From an uncultured Rhabdochlamydiaceae bacterium (lineage in GTDB: Bacteria; Chlamydiota; Chlamydiia; Chlamydiales; Rhabdochlamydiaceae), in NCBI GenBank assembly GCA_963712275.1, contig CAVQHD010000001.1, positions 1,568,001 to 1,632,000 on the forward strand: 64,000 nt of DNA, in the 5' to 3' direction. The position numbers and the translations under genes are program-made. The notes beneath the pieces were generated by a model. The model worked only from the letters and a program-made list of their open reading frames with translations, searched no databases and was not told the origin of the DNA. Shown in pieces: positions 48,210-57,054 of this stretch. Each line of letters opens with the position of its first letter. Position 1 is the first letter of the stretch.

Positions 48210-49106
48210 ATGCCTACAGTTCGCAAAACAATTAGACAACACGTCTCCATTTACGCTTGGCTGACCATCGGCGCTTTTTTGGCGGCCTTTTCAATCCGAG
48301 TTTTCCTCCTTCCAAACTCTCTGATCGACGGTGGAACAGTTGGTATTGCATTGATTTTATCTAAGCTTTTTGGAGAGTCATACCTTTCACTCTTTTTAAT
48401 TCTTCTGAACCTCCCTTTCATCTACTTGGCCTATCGCCATATCCGTAAATCCTTCATTATTACGATGGGCGTTGCGGTCCTACTTTTTGCAGGGTTTTTA
48501 ATTGCGACATCTTACATTCCTCCATTTCTAGGAGATCCTATTGAGGTGATTGTGATTGGAGGCGCCATCCTGGGTGTTGGCGTTGGGCTCATCATTCGAC
48601 ATGGGGGCTGCCTTGATGGAACCGAAATTTTAGCCATCTTGATCAACCGCAAGCAAGGATTCACTGTTGGCCAAGTGGTTCTTTTCATTAACTTTTTTAT
48701 TTTTACCGCCTATGGATGGATCTTCTTAAATTGGCACTTTGCCCTGCAATCTCTCATTACCTACATCGTTGCCTTTAAAATGATTGACCTCGTGATTCAA
48801 GGCATTGAAGAGCTCAAGTCAGTTCTCATTATCTCATCAAAGCCCAAAGAAATTGCCCAAGTGATTACAGAAGAACTGGGGCTTGGACTCACCATTGTTC
48901 ATGGGAAGGGAGGGTTTTCAGGAGATACACGGGAAATTCTCTACATCATTATCGAACGCCTTGATCTTGCAGACCTCAAAGAGATCGTCCTTCGTGAAGA
49001 TCCCATGGCCTTTATGGCCATTGAGAATTTACATGAGGTGGTCTATGGCAAACAAGCCCACCTTCCCTACAAAAAAAAGTACCGCCCTCCTTTCCATTCA
49101 GCTTAG
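48210..49106 (+). CDS. YitT family membrane protein
   Basis: LIDGGTVG, LNLPF, GGCLDGTEILA, GKGGFSG and EDPMAF motifs. Confidence 0.92.
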   Translation: MPTVRKTIRQHVSIYAWLTIGAFLAAFSIRVFLLPNSLIDGGTVGIALILSKLFGESYLSLFLILLNLPFIYLAYRHIRKSFIITMGVAVLLFAGFLIATSYIPPFLGDPIEVIVIGGAILGVGVGLIIRHGGCLDGTEILAILINRKQGFTVGQVVLFINFFIFTAYGWIFLNWHFALQSLITYIVAFKMIDLVIQGIEELKSVLIISSKPKEIAQVITEELGLGLTIVHGKGGFSGDTREILYIIIERLDLADLKEIVLREDPMAFMAIENLHEVVYGKQAHLPYKKKYRPPFHSA

Positions 49107-49118
49107 AAGCTGTCTTAA
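49103..49118 (+). repeat. Family C end remnant supplying both stop codons of two convergent genes
   Basis: ttagaagctgtcttaa: TAG 49104-49106 ends yitT, and TTA 49115-49117 is the TAA stop of the opposite gene. Confidence 0.75.
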
Positions 49119-49582
49119 CCTTTAAACAGACTCTGTGCGATACGATTGGCCTGATGCAAGAAAGGACGACTTATCAAGATGCTCAAAAGAGCAAGCGGTT
49201 GTAAATAGAAACAATCTGTTGAAATGATTGCCTGCAAAGCCGCAGGAAGCGCAAAAACGACCCCCATCAGGCTCACAACGTGACGAGGATACCACGGGTT
49301 GACCTCAAACACAGCACTAGGACCAAACAGCTTCTCGAGCTGAAAGTCTGAAAAAAGCCAGTGTGTAACACTTGCAATCAACCAAACGCCCAAAGGCGTT
49401 GTCATACCAGTCATGACTAACGAAATCCGGGCACAAAGAGCTGAGAAGCCTCTGGAAAACCTCTTTTTAGAGCACAGCTCGTAAAGTCCGATACCACCCA
49501 TGCCCAAAGCAACAATCCCAATGGCATTCTTTGTGCCTTGTTTGACAGCGGGCGCATTCAGCAATGAAATCACAACGCTCAT
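49115..49582 (-). CDS. Hypothetical membrane protein
   Basis: About four hydrophobic segments; GGAGG RBS before ATG 49582. Confidence 0.7.
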   Translation of the reverse strand: MSVVISLLNAPAVKQGTKNAIGIVALGMGGIGLYELCSKKRFSRGFSALCARISLVMTGMTTPLGVWLIASVTHWLFSDFQLEKLFGPSAVFEVNPWYPRHVVSLMGVVFALPAALQAIISTDCFYLQPLALLSILISRPFLHQANRIAQSLFKG

Positions 49583-49700
49583 TTTTTCTCCTCCGTGAGA
49601 TTCAGTAGACGCGATGATGCCGCAAAACATATTAAAAATGTGTGACAAATATTTGACACTTTCGTAAAATCGTTTTTTCAAAACCAAACCAAGGACTTTT

Positions 49701-51107
49701 ATGACAGCAGTCACTGAATCAAAGGAAGATCTTTACTTTGATAACCAAAAATACCGTCCAGAGATTACTCCCGTGGGAGGAAATATTGGATGGAATGTCT
49801 CAAAGCTGGCAACTGACCAAGATACGTTAGAAAAACGGGTCGTTCTTTTAACCTCTAATGATAAAAGTTCGACTTATCACATCGACGCATCCATTCAAGC
49901 AAAGGTTCCTTCCGATCTCTTCCGACAGCGAATGGCTGACTACTGGAAATCTCAAAAGAGCTCTTCCCTAACTGCGGCATGGATTTCAGCAATGGCGACG
50001 GGTGCAGGAATTGGCGCAACTTTTGTATTCTCCGCAAACCCCGCTGCTCCGACAGTCAGTGCTATTGCTTCCTTCATCCTTGGTGGTTTGGCAATTAGGC
50101 AATTGTATTTGACTAATCAGGCTTCCCGTCAATCCAATGGATGGAATATTTCTCCTACCGAAACCCTTGCAGCAAAAAGGAAGGAAGCCTATGAGAAAGG
50201 TTTTTTACATGTTTATCAGAATAATTTAAAACTCGTTGAAAAGTCCAACACAGCCATTCTCCTTCCTAGTGAAGTCGAGCACCTTTTTGAGGAATATTTT
50301 ACTCAATTCTCAGATAGACTTTTAGGAGAAACTTGCACAACAGAACAACAAAAAAAACGATGGCTTGACAGTTTTACATCCTACAACCCTATTTCCACAA
50401 ACCTTCTCATGTATGGATATGGTCGTATTCCCGAAAGCCTCCAATTCATAACGAAAGATTACGAGGCTCTTGCTAAAATCTTAAAAGACCTTCGAAAAGA
50501 GTTTGCTGAATTAAAAAGTGCAAGACGCGCTGAAACAGACAAAATCATCGTTGATCTTAATCAGCAAAGAAATACTGCCCTTCTTCCCTTCAAGCTGATG
50601 CTTGCACACTGGGAAAGTGAGGCCTTAAAAGATCGTGATGCCAAGCTCGATAAACTTCCCGCGTCTAAGGCTAAAGAGCGAGAAAAAGTGGAACAAGAAT
50701 ATCGCGACAAACTCTCTAGTTATAAGACGTACTATATTGCTGCTGCTACCCCCGTTGATATGTATTACGACGGATATGTTAAAAATGCGAAAGAAAAATT
50801 AACAGAGATTATCGACACTATTAGCAAAAACGAAACTTCTGCTTTAGCGACTTATTTTAAGCGTGCTCGGGAAATTTTACAAAACGGTGTAGACATTAAA
50901 AATAATAGATATAGCTACCAGCCTCAACCGGTTGATCTAGCTGGAGTCTTTCATATTCCTCCTGTTCCTTCAGTGCTTCCGCAAAAAGTACCAGATTTCA
51001 GAGATCAAGCTCTTCATATCAATATCAGTGTCTCTCCTCAGCAATATCCAGCAGGATTTAATCCGCAGGATCCCGCATACCAGCAATTCGTCAACTGGAG
51101 GCCTTAA
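49701..51107 (+). CDS. Hypothetical protein with a bilobed hydrophobic segment and coiled coils (Inc-like candidate)
   Basis: LTAAWISAMATGAGIGATFVFS-ANPAAP-TVSAIASFILGGLAI hairpin; long helical C-terminal region; P/Q-rich tail. Confidence 0.75.
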   Translation: MTAVTESKEDLYFDNQKYRPEITPVGGNIGWNVSKLATDQDTLEKRVVLLTSNDKSSTYHIDASIQAKVPSDLFRQRMADYWKSQKSSSLTAAWISAMATGAGIGATFVFSANPAAPTVSAIASFILGGLAIRQLYLTNQASRQSNGWNISPTETLAAKRKEAYEKGFLHVYQNNLKLVEKSNTAILLPSEVEHLFEEYFTQFSDRLLGETCTTEQQKKRWLDSFTSYNPISTNLLMYGYGRIPESLQFITKDYEALAKILKDLRKEFAELKSARRAETDKIIVDLNQQRNTALLPFKLMLAHWESEALKDRDAKLDKLPASKAKEREKVEQEYRDKLSSYKTYYIAAATPVDMYYDGYVKNAKEKLTEIIDTISKNETSALATYFKRAREILQNGVDIKNNRYSYQPQPVDLAGVFHIPPVPSVLPQKVPDFRDQALHINISVSPQQYPAGFNPQDPAYQQFVNWRP

Positions 51108-51109
51108 CC

Positions 51110-51276
51110 TATACTGCGCCCACCCCAAAAGTGTGAATTTGGGCTGCGCCAAAGCCCCTAGGATCGACGATCGCAAATTGGCTTGTATTTGGATTAATAC
51201 TAACCAATTTGCGATCGTCGATCCTAGGGGCTTTCGCGCTAGCCGAAATTCACACTTTTGGGGTGGGCGCAGTATA
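51110..51276. mobile_element. Palindromic MITE-like element, family D, copy 2 (inverted)
   Basis: Reverse complement of 47977-48142 with a 1-nt indel in the loop. Confidence 0.88.
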
Positions 51277-51321
51277 AAGCCTCTATTGCATTAAAAAGCT
51301 GTTTCTTTTACTCATCAGTTA

Positions 51322-51490
51322 GAAGCTGTCTTAAAACTCAGTTTCTGTCGATTTTTGGGGCTTTTTGAGCCAATTTTCGCTTCATTTGGTGGGGGTTATA
51401 TCAACTTCGTATATTACCCCCACCAAATGAAGCGAAAATTGGCCAAAAATCCTCCAAAAAGCGACGAAACCTGAGTTTTAAGACAGCTTC
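51322..51490. mobile_element. MITE, family C, full copy with a TTA target duplication
   Basis: 20-bp TIRs GAAGCTGTCTTAAAACTCAG / CTGAGTTTTAAGACAGCTTC, internal palindrome, TTA at 51319-51321 and 51491-51493. Confidence 0.9.
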
Positions 51491-51517
51491 TTAGGGGTCC
51501 CTAACTGATGAGGTCTC

Positions 51518-52189
51518 ATGGGTCGTCAAACAAAGAAGCGGATGGATTGGGATGCGTGGCGTATTTTCCGCATTCTATCGGAGTTTGTCGATGGTTTTGA
51601 GGCCATGACAAAGTTAGGGCCTTCGGTGGCGATCTTTGGAGCGTCTCAAACAAACATCAAAGATGAGTACTATGAGCAGGCTGCTGTTTTAGCCTCCAAG
51701 ATTGCGCAAAAGGGGTTTGGGGTGATTACAGGAGGCGGTCCTGGAATTATGGAAGCCTCTAATCAAGGCGCCCAAGCTGCAGGGGGCAAATCATGCGGCT
51801 TATGTATTGACCTTCCAACGGAAGAGCAGCCTAATCCATTTATTGACGCAAAGTTCCTTCTTAAATTCCGTTATTTTTTTGTCCGAAAAGTAATGTTTGT
51901 GAGGTATGCACAAGCCTTTGTGGTTTTCCCAGGAGGGTTTGGGACTTTAGATGAGCTCTTCGAAGCGTTAACATTGATTAAAACGAAGAAAATTGCTTTG
52001 TTCCCTGTCTTTTTAGTAGGGGTCTCTTATTGGGAAGGACTTTTCCGATGGCTAACAGATATAACTCTTGGACACCACTACATTGAGCCTGAAGACTTAA
52101 AACTGGTCAAAATCACCGACAATCTTGATGAAGTTGTCGATGGGATTGTGCTTCATTGCAACCGCGTGCACTGTCTGGAAAACTTTTAA
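51518..52189 (+). CDS. LOG family Rossmann-fold protein (TIGR00730-like)
   Basis: TGGGPGIMEA, FFVRKVMF and PGGFGTLDE motifs. Confidence 0.93.
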   Translation: MGRQTKKRMDWDAWRIFRILSEFVDGFEAMTKLGPSVAIFGASQTNIKDEYYEQAAVLASKIAQKGFGVITGGGPGIMEASNQGAQAAGGKSCGLCIDLPTEEQPNPFIDAKFLLKFRYFFVRKVMFVRYAQAFVVFPGGFGTLDELFEALTLIKTKKIALFPVFLVGVSYWEGLFRWLTDITLGHHYIEPEDLKLVKITDNLDEVVDGIVLHCNRVHCLENF

Positions 52190-53033
52190 GGTAGAGGCCG
52201 TAGTCGCTTGGCTCGGCATGCCGAGCCAGCTCTTGGAGCTCTGCAAAAGAAATCCACCCTTGCTGAAAGGCGATTTCTTCAAGACACGCCACCTGAATCC
52301 CCTGACGCTCCTGAATGGTTTGAACATAGATGGAAGCCTTTTGAAGGGCGTCATGAGTTCCGGTGTCAAGCCATGCAAATCCTCGTCCTAAAAGGCGAAC
52401 ATCAAGCTGGCCCGCCTGAAGATAGACTGAGTTGAGGTCAGTGATCTCGAGCTCTCCGCGAAGAGAGGGCTTTAACGAGCGAGCAATCTCTGTGACCTCT
52501 GAGTCGTAAAAATAAAGTCCTGTCACAGCAAAGGGAGAGGGTGCCACCTTAGGCTTTTCAATAATGGCCGCGATCTTCTGATTTTCATCAAAGGCAAGGG
52601 TACCGTAACGCTCGGGGTCTTTGACCTCATACCCAAAAACAATGGCTCCTGTTTTGAGCTCCGTGCAAGGGCGGATGACATCTGCGAGCTGATGTCCATA
52701 GAAAATATTATCCCCTAGAATGAGCGCAACAGGCTCCCTATTAATGAACTCTTCACCGATTAAAAAAGCCTCGGCAATTCCTCTAGGCTCAAGTTGCGCT
52801 TCATAGCAAATCGAGAGACCCAAATGAGAACCATCTCCAAAAAGAGCTTGAAAACGAGAGAGGTCTTGCGGCGCGGAAATAATCATGATTTCAGAGATGC
52901 CGGCTTGCATGAGGGTTGCCATCGGATAATAGATCAGAGGCTTATCAAAAACAGGGAGAAGCTGCTTACAGGTGGCTCGCGTGACGGGATAGAGCCTGGT
53001 TCCTTTGCCTCCCGCGAGAATAATCCCTCTCAT
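52113..53033 (-). CDS. rfbA: Glucose-1-phosphate thymidylyltransferase
   Basis: GIILAGGKGTRLYP, KQLLPVFDKP, RGELEITD and WLDTGT motifs. Confidence 0.96.
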   Translation of the reverse strand: MRGIILAGGKGTRLYPVTRATCKQLLPVFDKPLIYYPMATLMQAGISEIMIISAPQDLSRFQALFGDGSHLGLSICYEAQLEPRGIAEAFLIGEEFINREPVALILGDNIFYGHQLADVIRPCTELKTGAIVFGYEVKDPERYGTLAFDENQKIAAIIEKPKVAPSPFAVTGLYFYDSEVTEIARSLKPSLRGELEITDLNSVYLQAGQLDVRLLGRGFAWLDTGTHDALQKASIYVQTIQERQGIQVACLEEIAFQQGWISFAELQELARHAEPSDYGLYLKSFPDSARGCNEAQSHRQLHQDCR

Positions 53034-54397
53034 GCAGCTCCAGGAATGAATTTGCATCCATCAGCAATGAGTTGGTCGATATAGGTGATGGGATAATCAG
53101 ACTTTAGAAATCTTTCATCCTCGAGCATATAGAGATGGAAAGGAATCGTTGTGTGAACTCCCTTAATATGAAATTCTCCCAGCGCTCGTTTTCCAATGGC
53201 AATAGCCTCTTCCCGGTTTTTCCCTTTGACGATAAGCTTTGCGACCATCGAATCGTAATTGGGTGGGATATGATAACCTGCATAACAAGCGCTATCGATT
53301 CGAACATGGGGCCCACCTGGAGGAATATAGTGCTCAAGGCAGCCTGGACAAGGGGCAAAATTTTTCGCAGGATCTTCGGCATTGATGCGAAATTGCATGA
53401 CATGCCCTTTCATCACGACGTCTTTTTGACGAAAGCTGAGTTTTTCACCACGGGCAATTTTTATTTGTTCAGCAACAAGGTCAATACCGGTCAGCTCTTC
53501 GGTAATCGTATGCTCGACCTGAATGCGCGTATTCACTTCCATGAAGTAAAAGTTTTTATCCTGATCGAGCAAAAATTCGACGGTGCCAACAGAATAATAT
53601 CCGGCAGCTTTCACGATAGAGACGGCCGCTTCGCAAATTTTCCGGCGAAGCGTATTTGAGAGGATAGGGCTGGGGGCTTCTTCGATCAGTTTTTGCCTTC
53701 TTCGCTGAATTGTGCAATCTCTTTCGAAGAGATAGGCATAATTGCCATGTTTATCCCCAATTACTTGAATCTCAACATGACGAGGGTTAACGATCATTTT
53801 TTCGAGATAGACGTCGGGATTATTAAAGCTTGTCTCTGCTTCTGTTCGTGCAGCTGCAAACTGTCTGATAAACTCATCCGAATCGTAAGCGATTCGGATT
53901 CCTTTTCCTCCCCCACCTCCAACAGCTTTGATAAAAATGGGAAAGCCCAGTTTTTGCGCTTCTTTAAGGCCGACTTTCACGTCGGCAACAACCCCGTCAG
54001 AGCCTGGGATGACAGGACATTTAACACCCTTGGCAACTGCTTTGGCTTTGGCTTTATCTCCTAAAAGGGAGATGGATGTATGGGAAGGACCAATGAAGTT
54101 GACGCCACAACTCTCGCAGATGGAGGCAAAGTTGCCATTTTCAGATAGAAAGCCGTATCCAGGATGAATCGCATCAGCTCCTGTAATTTCGCAAGCAGAG
54201 AGGATATTAGAGGCTTTTAAATACGATTTTTGCGCAGGAGCTTCTCCAATACAAATCGCTTCATCGGCAAGAAGCACGTGGAGCGCTTCACTATCGGCCT
54301 GCGAGTAGACTGCAACAGTTTGAATTCCGAGGTCATGACATGCTCGAATCACTCGAATGGCAATTTCTCCCCGATTAGCAATGAGAATTTTTTTCAT
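53030..54397 (-). CDS. accC: Acetyl-CoA carboxylase, biotin carboxylase subunit
   Basis: ILIANRGEIA, HPGYGFLSEN, GGGGKG and EVNTRIQVEH motifs. Confidence 0.97.
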   Translation of the reverse strand: MKKILIANRGEIAIRVIRACHDLGIQTVAVYSQADSEALHVLLADEAICIGEAPAQKSYLKASNILSACEITGADAIHPGYGFLSENGNFASICESCGVNFIGPSHTSISLLGDKAKAKAVAKGVKCPVIPGSDGVVADVKVGLKEAQKLGFPIFIKAVGGGGGKGIRIAYDSDEFIRQFAAARTEAETSFNNPDVYLEKMIVNPRHVEIQVIGDKHGNYAYLFERDCTIQRRRQKLIEEAPSPILSNTLRRKICEAAVSIVKAAGYYSVGTVEFLLDQDKNFYFMEVNTRIQVEHTITEELTGIDLVAEQIKIARGEKLSFRQKDVVMKGHVMQFRINAEDPAKNFAPCPGCLEHYIPPGGPHVRIDSACYAGYHIPPNYDSMVAKLIVKGKNREEAIAIGKRALGEFHIKGVHTTIPFHLYMLEDERFLKSDYPITYIDQLIADGCKFIPGAA

Positions 54398-54876
54398 ATA
54401 ATCCGAAAGAGTTTTGCTCCAAATTCAACGGGATGCCCGTTCTCCACAAAAATTTCAGCAATGGTTCCGCTCATTCCAGCTTTCACCTCATTCATCACTT
54501 TCATCGCTTCAATAATACAGACAACGGCGTTTTCATCAATGCGATCTCCAACTTTGACAAAAGGAGAGTCTTCAGGAGAAGCCGCACGGTAAGCCGTTCC
54601 TACAAGGGGGGCTGTGATAAACTTCCCTTCAGCTTGTTTGTCTTCAATTTTATCCCCAGTGACATGCTCTTTGTGAAAGGGGGGACTGTGAATGGGAAAC
54701 TTAGGATGCATTTCAGGATGGGGCGCATGAACAAGAGTGACAGCAGGAGGATGGGTCGGAGTCTCATCCTGCCGTTCAAGCTCAATTTCATACTTATCCT
54801 TGTCTTTGATCCGAATTCTCTTAAGGCCTGCTTTTTCCATCGCAGCCATTAACTCTTTAATTTGCTTGAGATCCAC
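54394..54876 (-). CDS. accB: Biotin carboxyl carrier protein
   Basis: EAMKVMNE biotinylation motif. Confidence 0.96.
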   Translation of the reverse strand: MDLKQIKELMAAMEKAGLKRIRIKDKDKYEIELERQDETPTHPPAVTLVHAPHPEMHPKFPIHSPPFHKEHVTGDKIEDKQAEGKFITAPLVGTAYRAASPEDSPFVKVGDRIDENAVVCIIEAMKVMNEVKAGMSGTIAEIFVENGHPVEFGAKLFRII

Positions 54877-54888
54877 AAAAACTCCCTT

Positions 54889-55446
54889 TTAAACTCTTCG
54901 AATCCATGTACCTGATTGAGTGTCTACGATGCCTACGTCTCCGGTCTCTATAAAGAGGGGAACATCAATTTTTGCACCTGTTTCAAGAAGGGCGGGCTTG
55001 GAATGATTGGACATTGGTGCCCCTTGCTGCGCAGGTTCGGTCTTGACGACGAGAAGCTCCAAAAATTGAGGGAGTTCAACAGAAAAAATAGCCTCCCCAT
55101 AGCACATCGCTTTAATATCAACTCCTTCCTTAAGAAAATGGACTTTATCTCCAATTACAGCAGCAGGAACTAAAATCTGCTCGAGGTTTCCGACATCTAA
55201 AAAAAGGTAGTCCTTTCCTTCAAGGTACAGATACTCGAGCTTCCGCTCAGTCAGAGCCACCTCATGAATCGGCTGCCCAATTTTAAAGTTCTTCTCAGCT
55301 GTCTCATCCGTGATCAGGTCTTTAAGTTTTGCCTTAATGAAAGGGGTCCCTTTCGCAACAGTGACTTTAACGCACGATTCAACCCGATAGATCTTTCCAT
55401 CGAGCGAAATTGACATGCCAGGGGTTAATTGTTGGGTATTTGTCAT
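54889..55446 (-). CDS. efp: Elongation factor P (atypical loop)
   Basis: EF-P motifs YLY, KPALLETG and VPLFI; tip loop reads VTVAKG rather than KPGKG. Confidence 0.9.
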   Translation of the reverse strand: MTNTQQLTPGMSISLDGKIYRVESCVKVTVAKGTPFIKAKLKDLITDETAEKNFKIGQPIHEVALTERKLEYLYLEGKDYLFLDVGNLEQILVPAAVIGDKVHFLKEGVDIKAMCYGEAIFSVELPQFLELLVVKTEPAQQGAPMSNHSKPALLETGAKIDVPLFIETGDVGIVDTQSGTWIRRV

Positions 55447-56108
55447 AAATTTTCTATAATCTCTCTAATTTGACTTAAGCGTCGAATTTGATAATCGACA
55501 GCTGAAGAAGGATAGGATGAAGAAAGGCCTCGTCCCCACTGCATTTGGATTGTGCGGCAACCAAGCTGCTTGGCAGGTACAAGGTCTCGCCGGCTTCTGT
55601 CTCCACATACAATTGTTTCCACTGGGGATTTGCTCAACTCATCTAAAATTTTTTGGTAAAATACTTTTTTGTCTTCTTTTTCAGAGATTACGATTTTACT
55701 AAAAATTGTTGAATCTAAGCCAGCATTTTTCATTTTGAGAAGTTGTTTTGCTGGGTTTCCAATCGAAGCCAGGGCTAATTGATGATCTTCTCGAAGCTCT
55801 TCTAAAACCTGTGCAGCATGTTCAAGGGGAAATACGACTAAATCATCTGGAAGCGCTCCGTAAACCACTTCTAATCCAATTGAAAGCAAAGGGGGATCTC
55901 CATCGACAAGCTCTAAAAATTCTTTTAATGTTTGCGAGGCACTTTCAGAACAAACATCCATTCTTTTTAAGGTTGCAGCCGCTTCCTCAAAGTTCCCGAC
56001 TTGAAGACCTGCTTCGACCATTTTGTACAAGGCCTTTTCAAGCTGAATCGGAGTGATCGAGCCGGTGGTATCAATCAGAGTGTCGTCTAAGTCAAAGATG
56101 ATCAACAA
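55443..56108 (-). CDS. HAD-superfamily hydrolase
   Basis: IIFDLDDTLIDT and CGD...D motifs. Confidence 0.88.
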   Translation of the reverse strand: MLIIFDLDDTLIDTTGSITPIQLEKALYKMVEAGLQVGNFEEAAATLKRMDVCSESASQTLKEFLELVDGDPPLLSIGLEVVYGALPDDLVVFPLEHAAQVLEELREDHQLALASIGNPAKQLLKMKNAGLDSTIFSKIVISEKEDKKVFYQKILDELSKSPVETIVCGDRSRRDLVPAKQLGCRTIQMQWGRGLSSSYPSSAVDYQIRRLSQIREIIENL

Positions 56109-57054
56109 TTTTCATCAACTCACTTGCTAATTTTTTACAATCATGCCGGATCAAGCTGCGCTTCAAAAAGTCTTTTTTAGCCCCTTGCCTCATCTCTCCT
56201 AAGAGCGGCGCCTCCCGAATACGTTCATCAGGAAGGTCGTTTTGAATCAGATCTCCTTCTTCGGCATATAGGGTGATCAACTCTTGAGCAGGTTTTTGGT
56301 TATTGACAAGGATATAATCAAACACATCTTCCCCGATGAATCTCTCAAGTTCTTTTAAGTAATCGCTCACTTTAAAATGAGAAGTTTGCCCTTTCCGGTT
56401 CATCAGATTAACGATAAAAATTTTTTTCGCGTCGCTTTGAAGAAGGGCTTCGCTCACCCCTTCGACGAGAAAGTTAGGAATAAGAGAGGTATGAAGCCCT
56501 CCTGGGCCGACAATGATGACATCGGCATTCATAATTTCACTAATCGCATGAGGGTTGGCTTTTGGGTATGGCTCTAGATAAATGCTGCTATATCCATCTT
56601 CGATTTCATCGGAAAGATAGATCTCTCTTTCCCCTTCTAAAACCTTACAACTCTTTAAGATCATTTTAAGCCGTACCTGGTGCGTTGTCACCGGAATTAC
56701 TTTCCCTTTAATATAGAGGATTTTTCCGACTTCTTCGACGGCTTTTTCAAAGCTTCCTGTCACTTTTTCAAGAGCGGAAAGAAGAAGATTTCCAAAACTA
56801 TGTCCAACAAGCCCCCCCTGCTCAAACCGGTAGTTCATTAAACTGCGCATAAGTCTTGACGAATCTGAAAGAGCAACCAAACACTGCCTCACATCTCCGG
56901 GAGGAAGCACTCCAAGTTCGTCTCGTAAAATCCCCGTGCTTCCTCCATCATCTGCCATCGACACAATAGCGCTAATATCGACATCATAATTACGAAGCCC
57001 TTTGAGCACTGTAAAGTTACCAGTCCCGCCTCCGATGGTGACAATTTTTTTCAT
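56092..57054 (-). CDS. yvcK: YvcK/GlmR (UPF0052) family protein
   Basis: IGGGTG, ADDGGSTG, PPGDVR, GHSFGN and GPG motifs. Confidence 0.92.
   Translation of the reverse strand: MKKIVTIGGGTGNFTVLKGLRNYDVDISAIVSMADDGGSTGILRDELGVLPPGDVRQCLVALSDSSRLMRSLMNYRFEQGGLVGHSFGNLLLSALEKVTGSFEKAVEEVGKILYIKGKVIPVTTHQVRLKMILKSCKVLEGEREIYLSDEIEDGYSSIYLEPYPKANPHAISEIMNADVIIVGPGGLHTSLIPNFLVEGVSEALLQSDAKKIFIVNLMNRKGQTSHFKVSDYLKELERFIGEDVFDYILVNNQKPAQELITLYAEEGDLIQNDLPDERIREAPLLGEMRQGAKKDFLKRSLIRHDCKKLASELMKIVDHL

Noticed and set aside
46063..51500. Integrative element or prophage at tRNA-Asp
   Set aside because: No integrase, phage genes or duplicated tRNA 3' end were found
53104..54852. Long antisense or alternative-frame ORFs over accC/accB (similar ones over nrdA and rnr)
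   Set aside because: Shadow ORFs of well-supported genes, with no recognisable motifs
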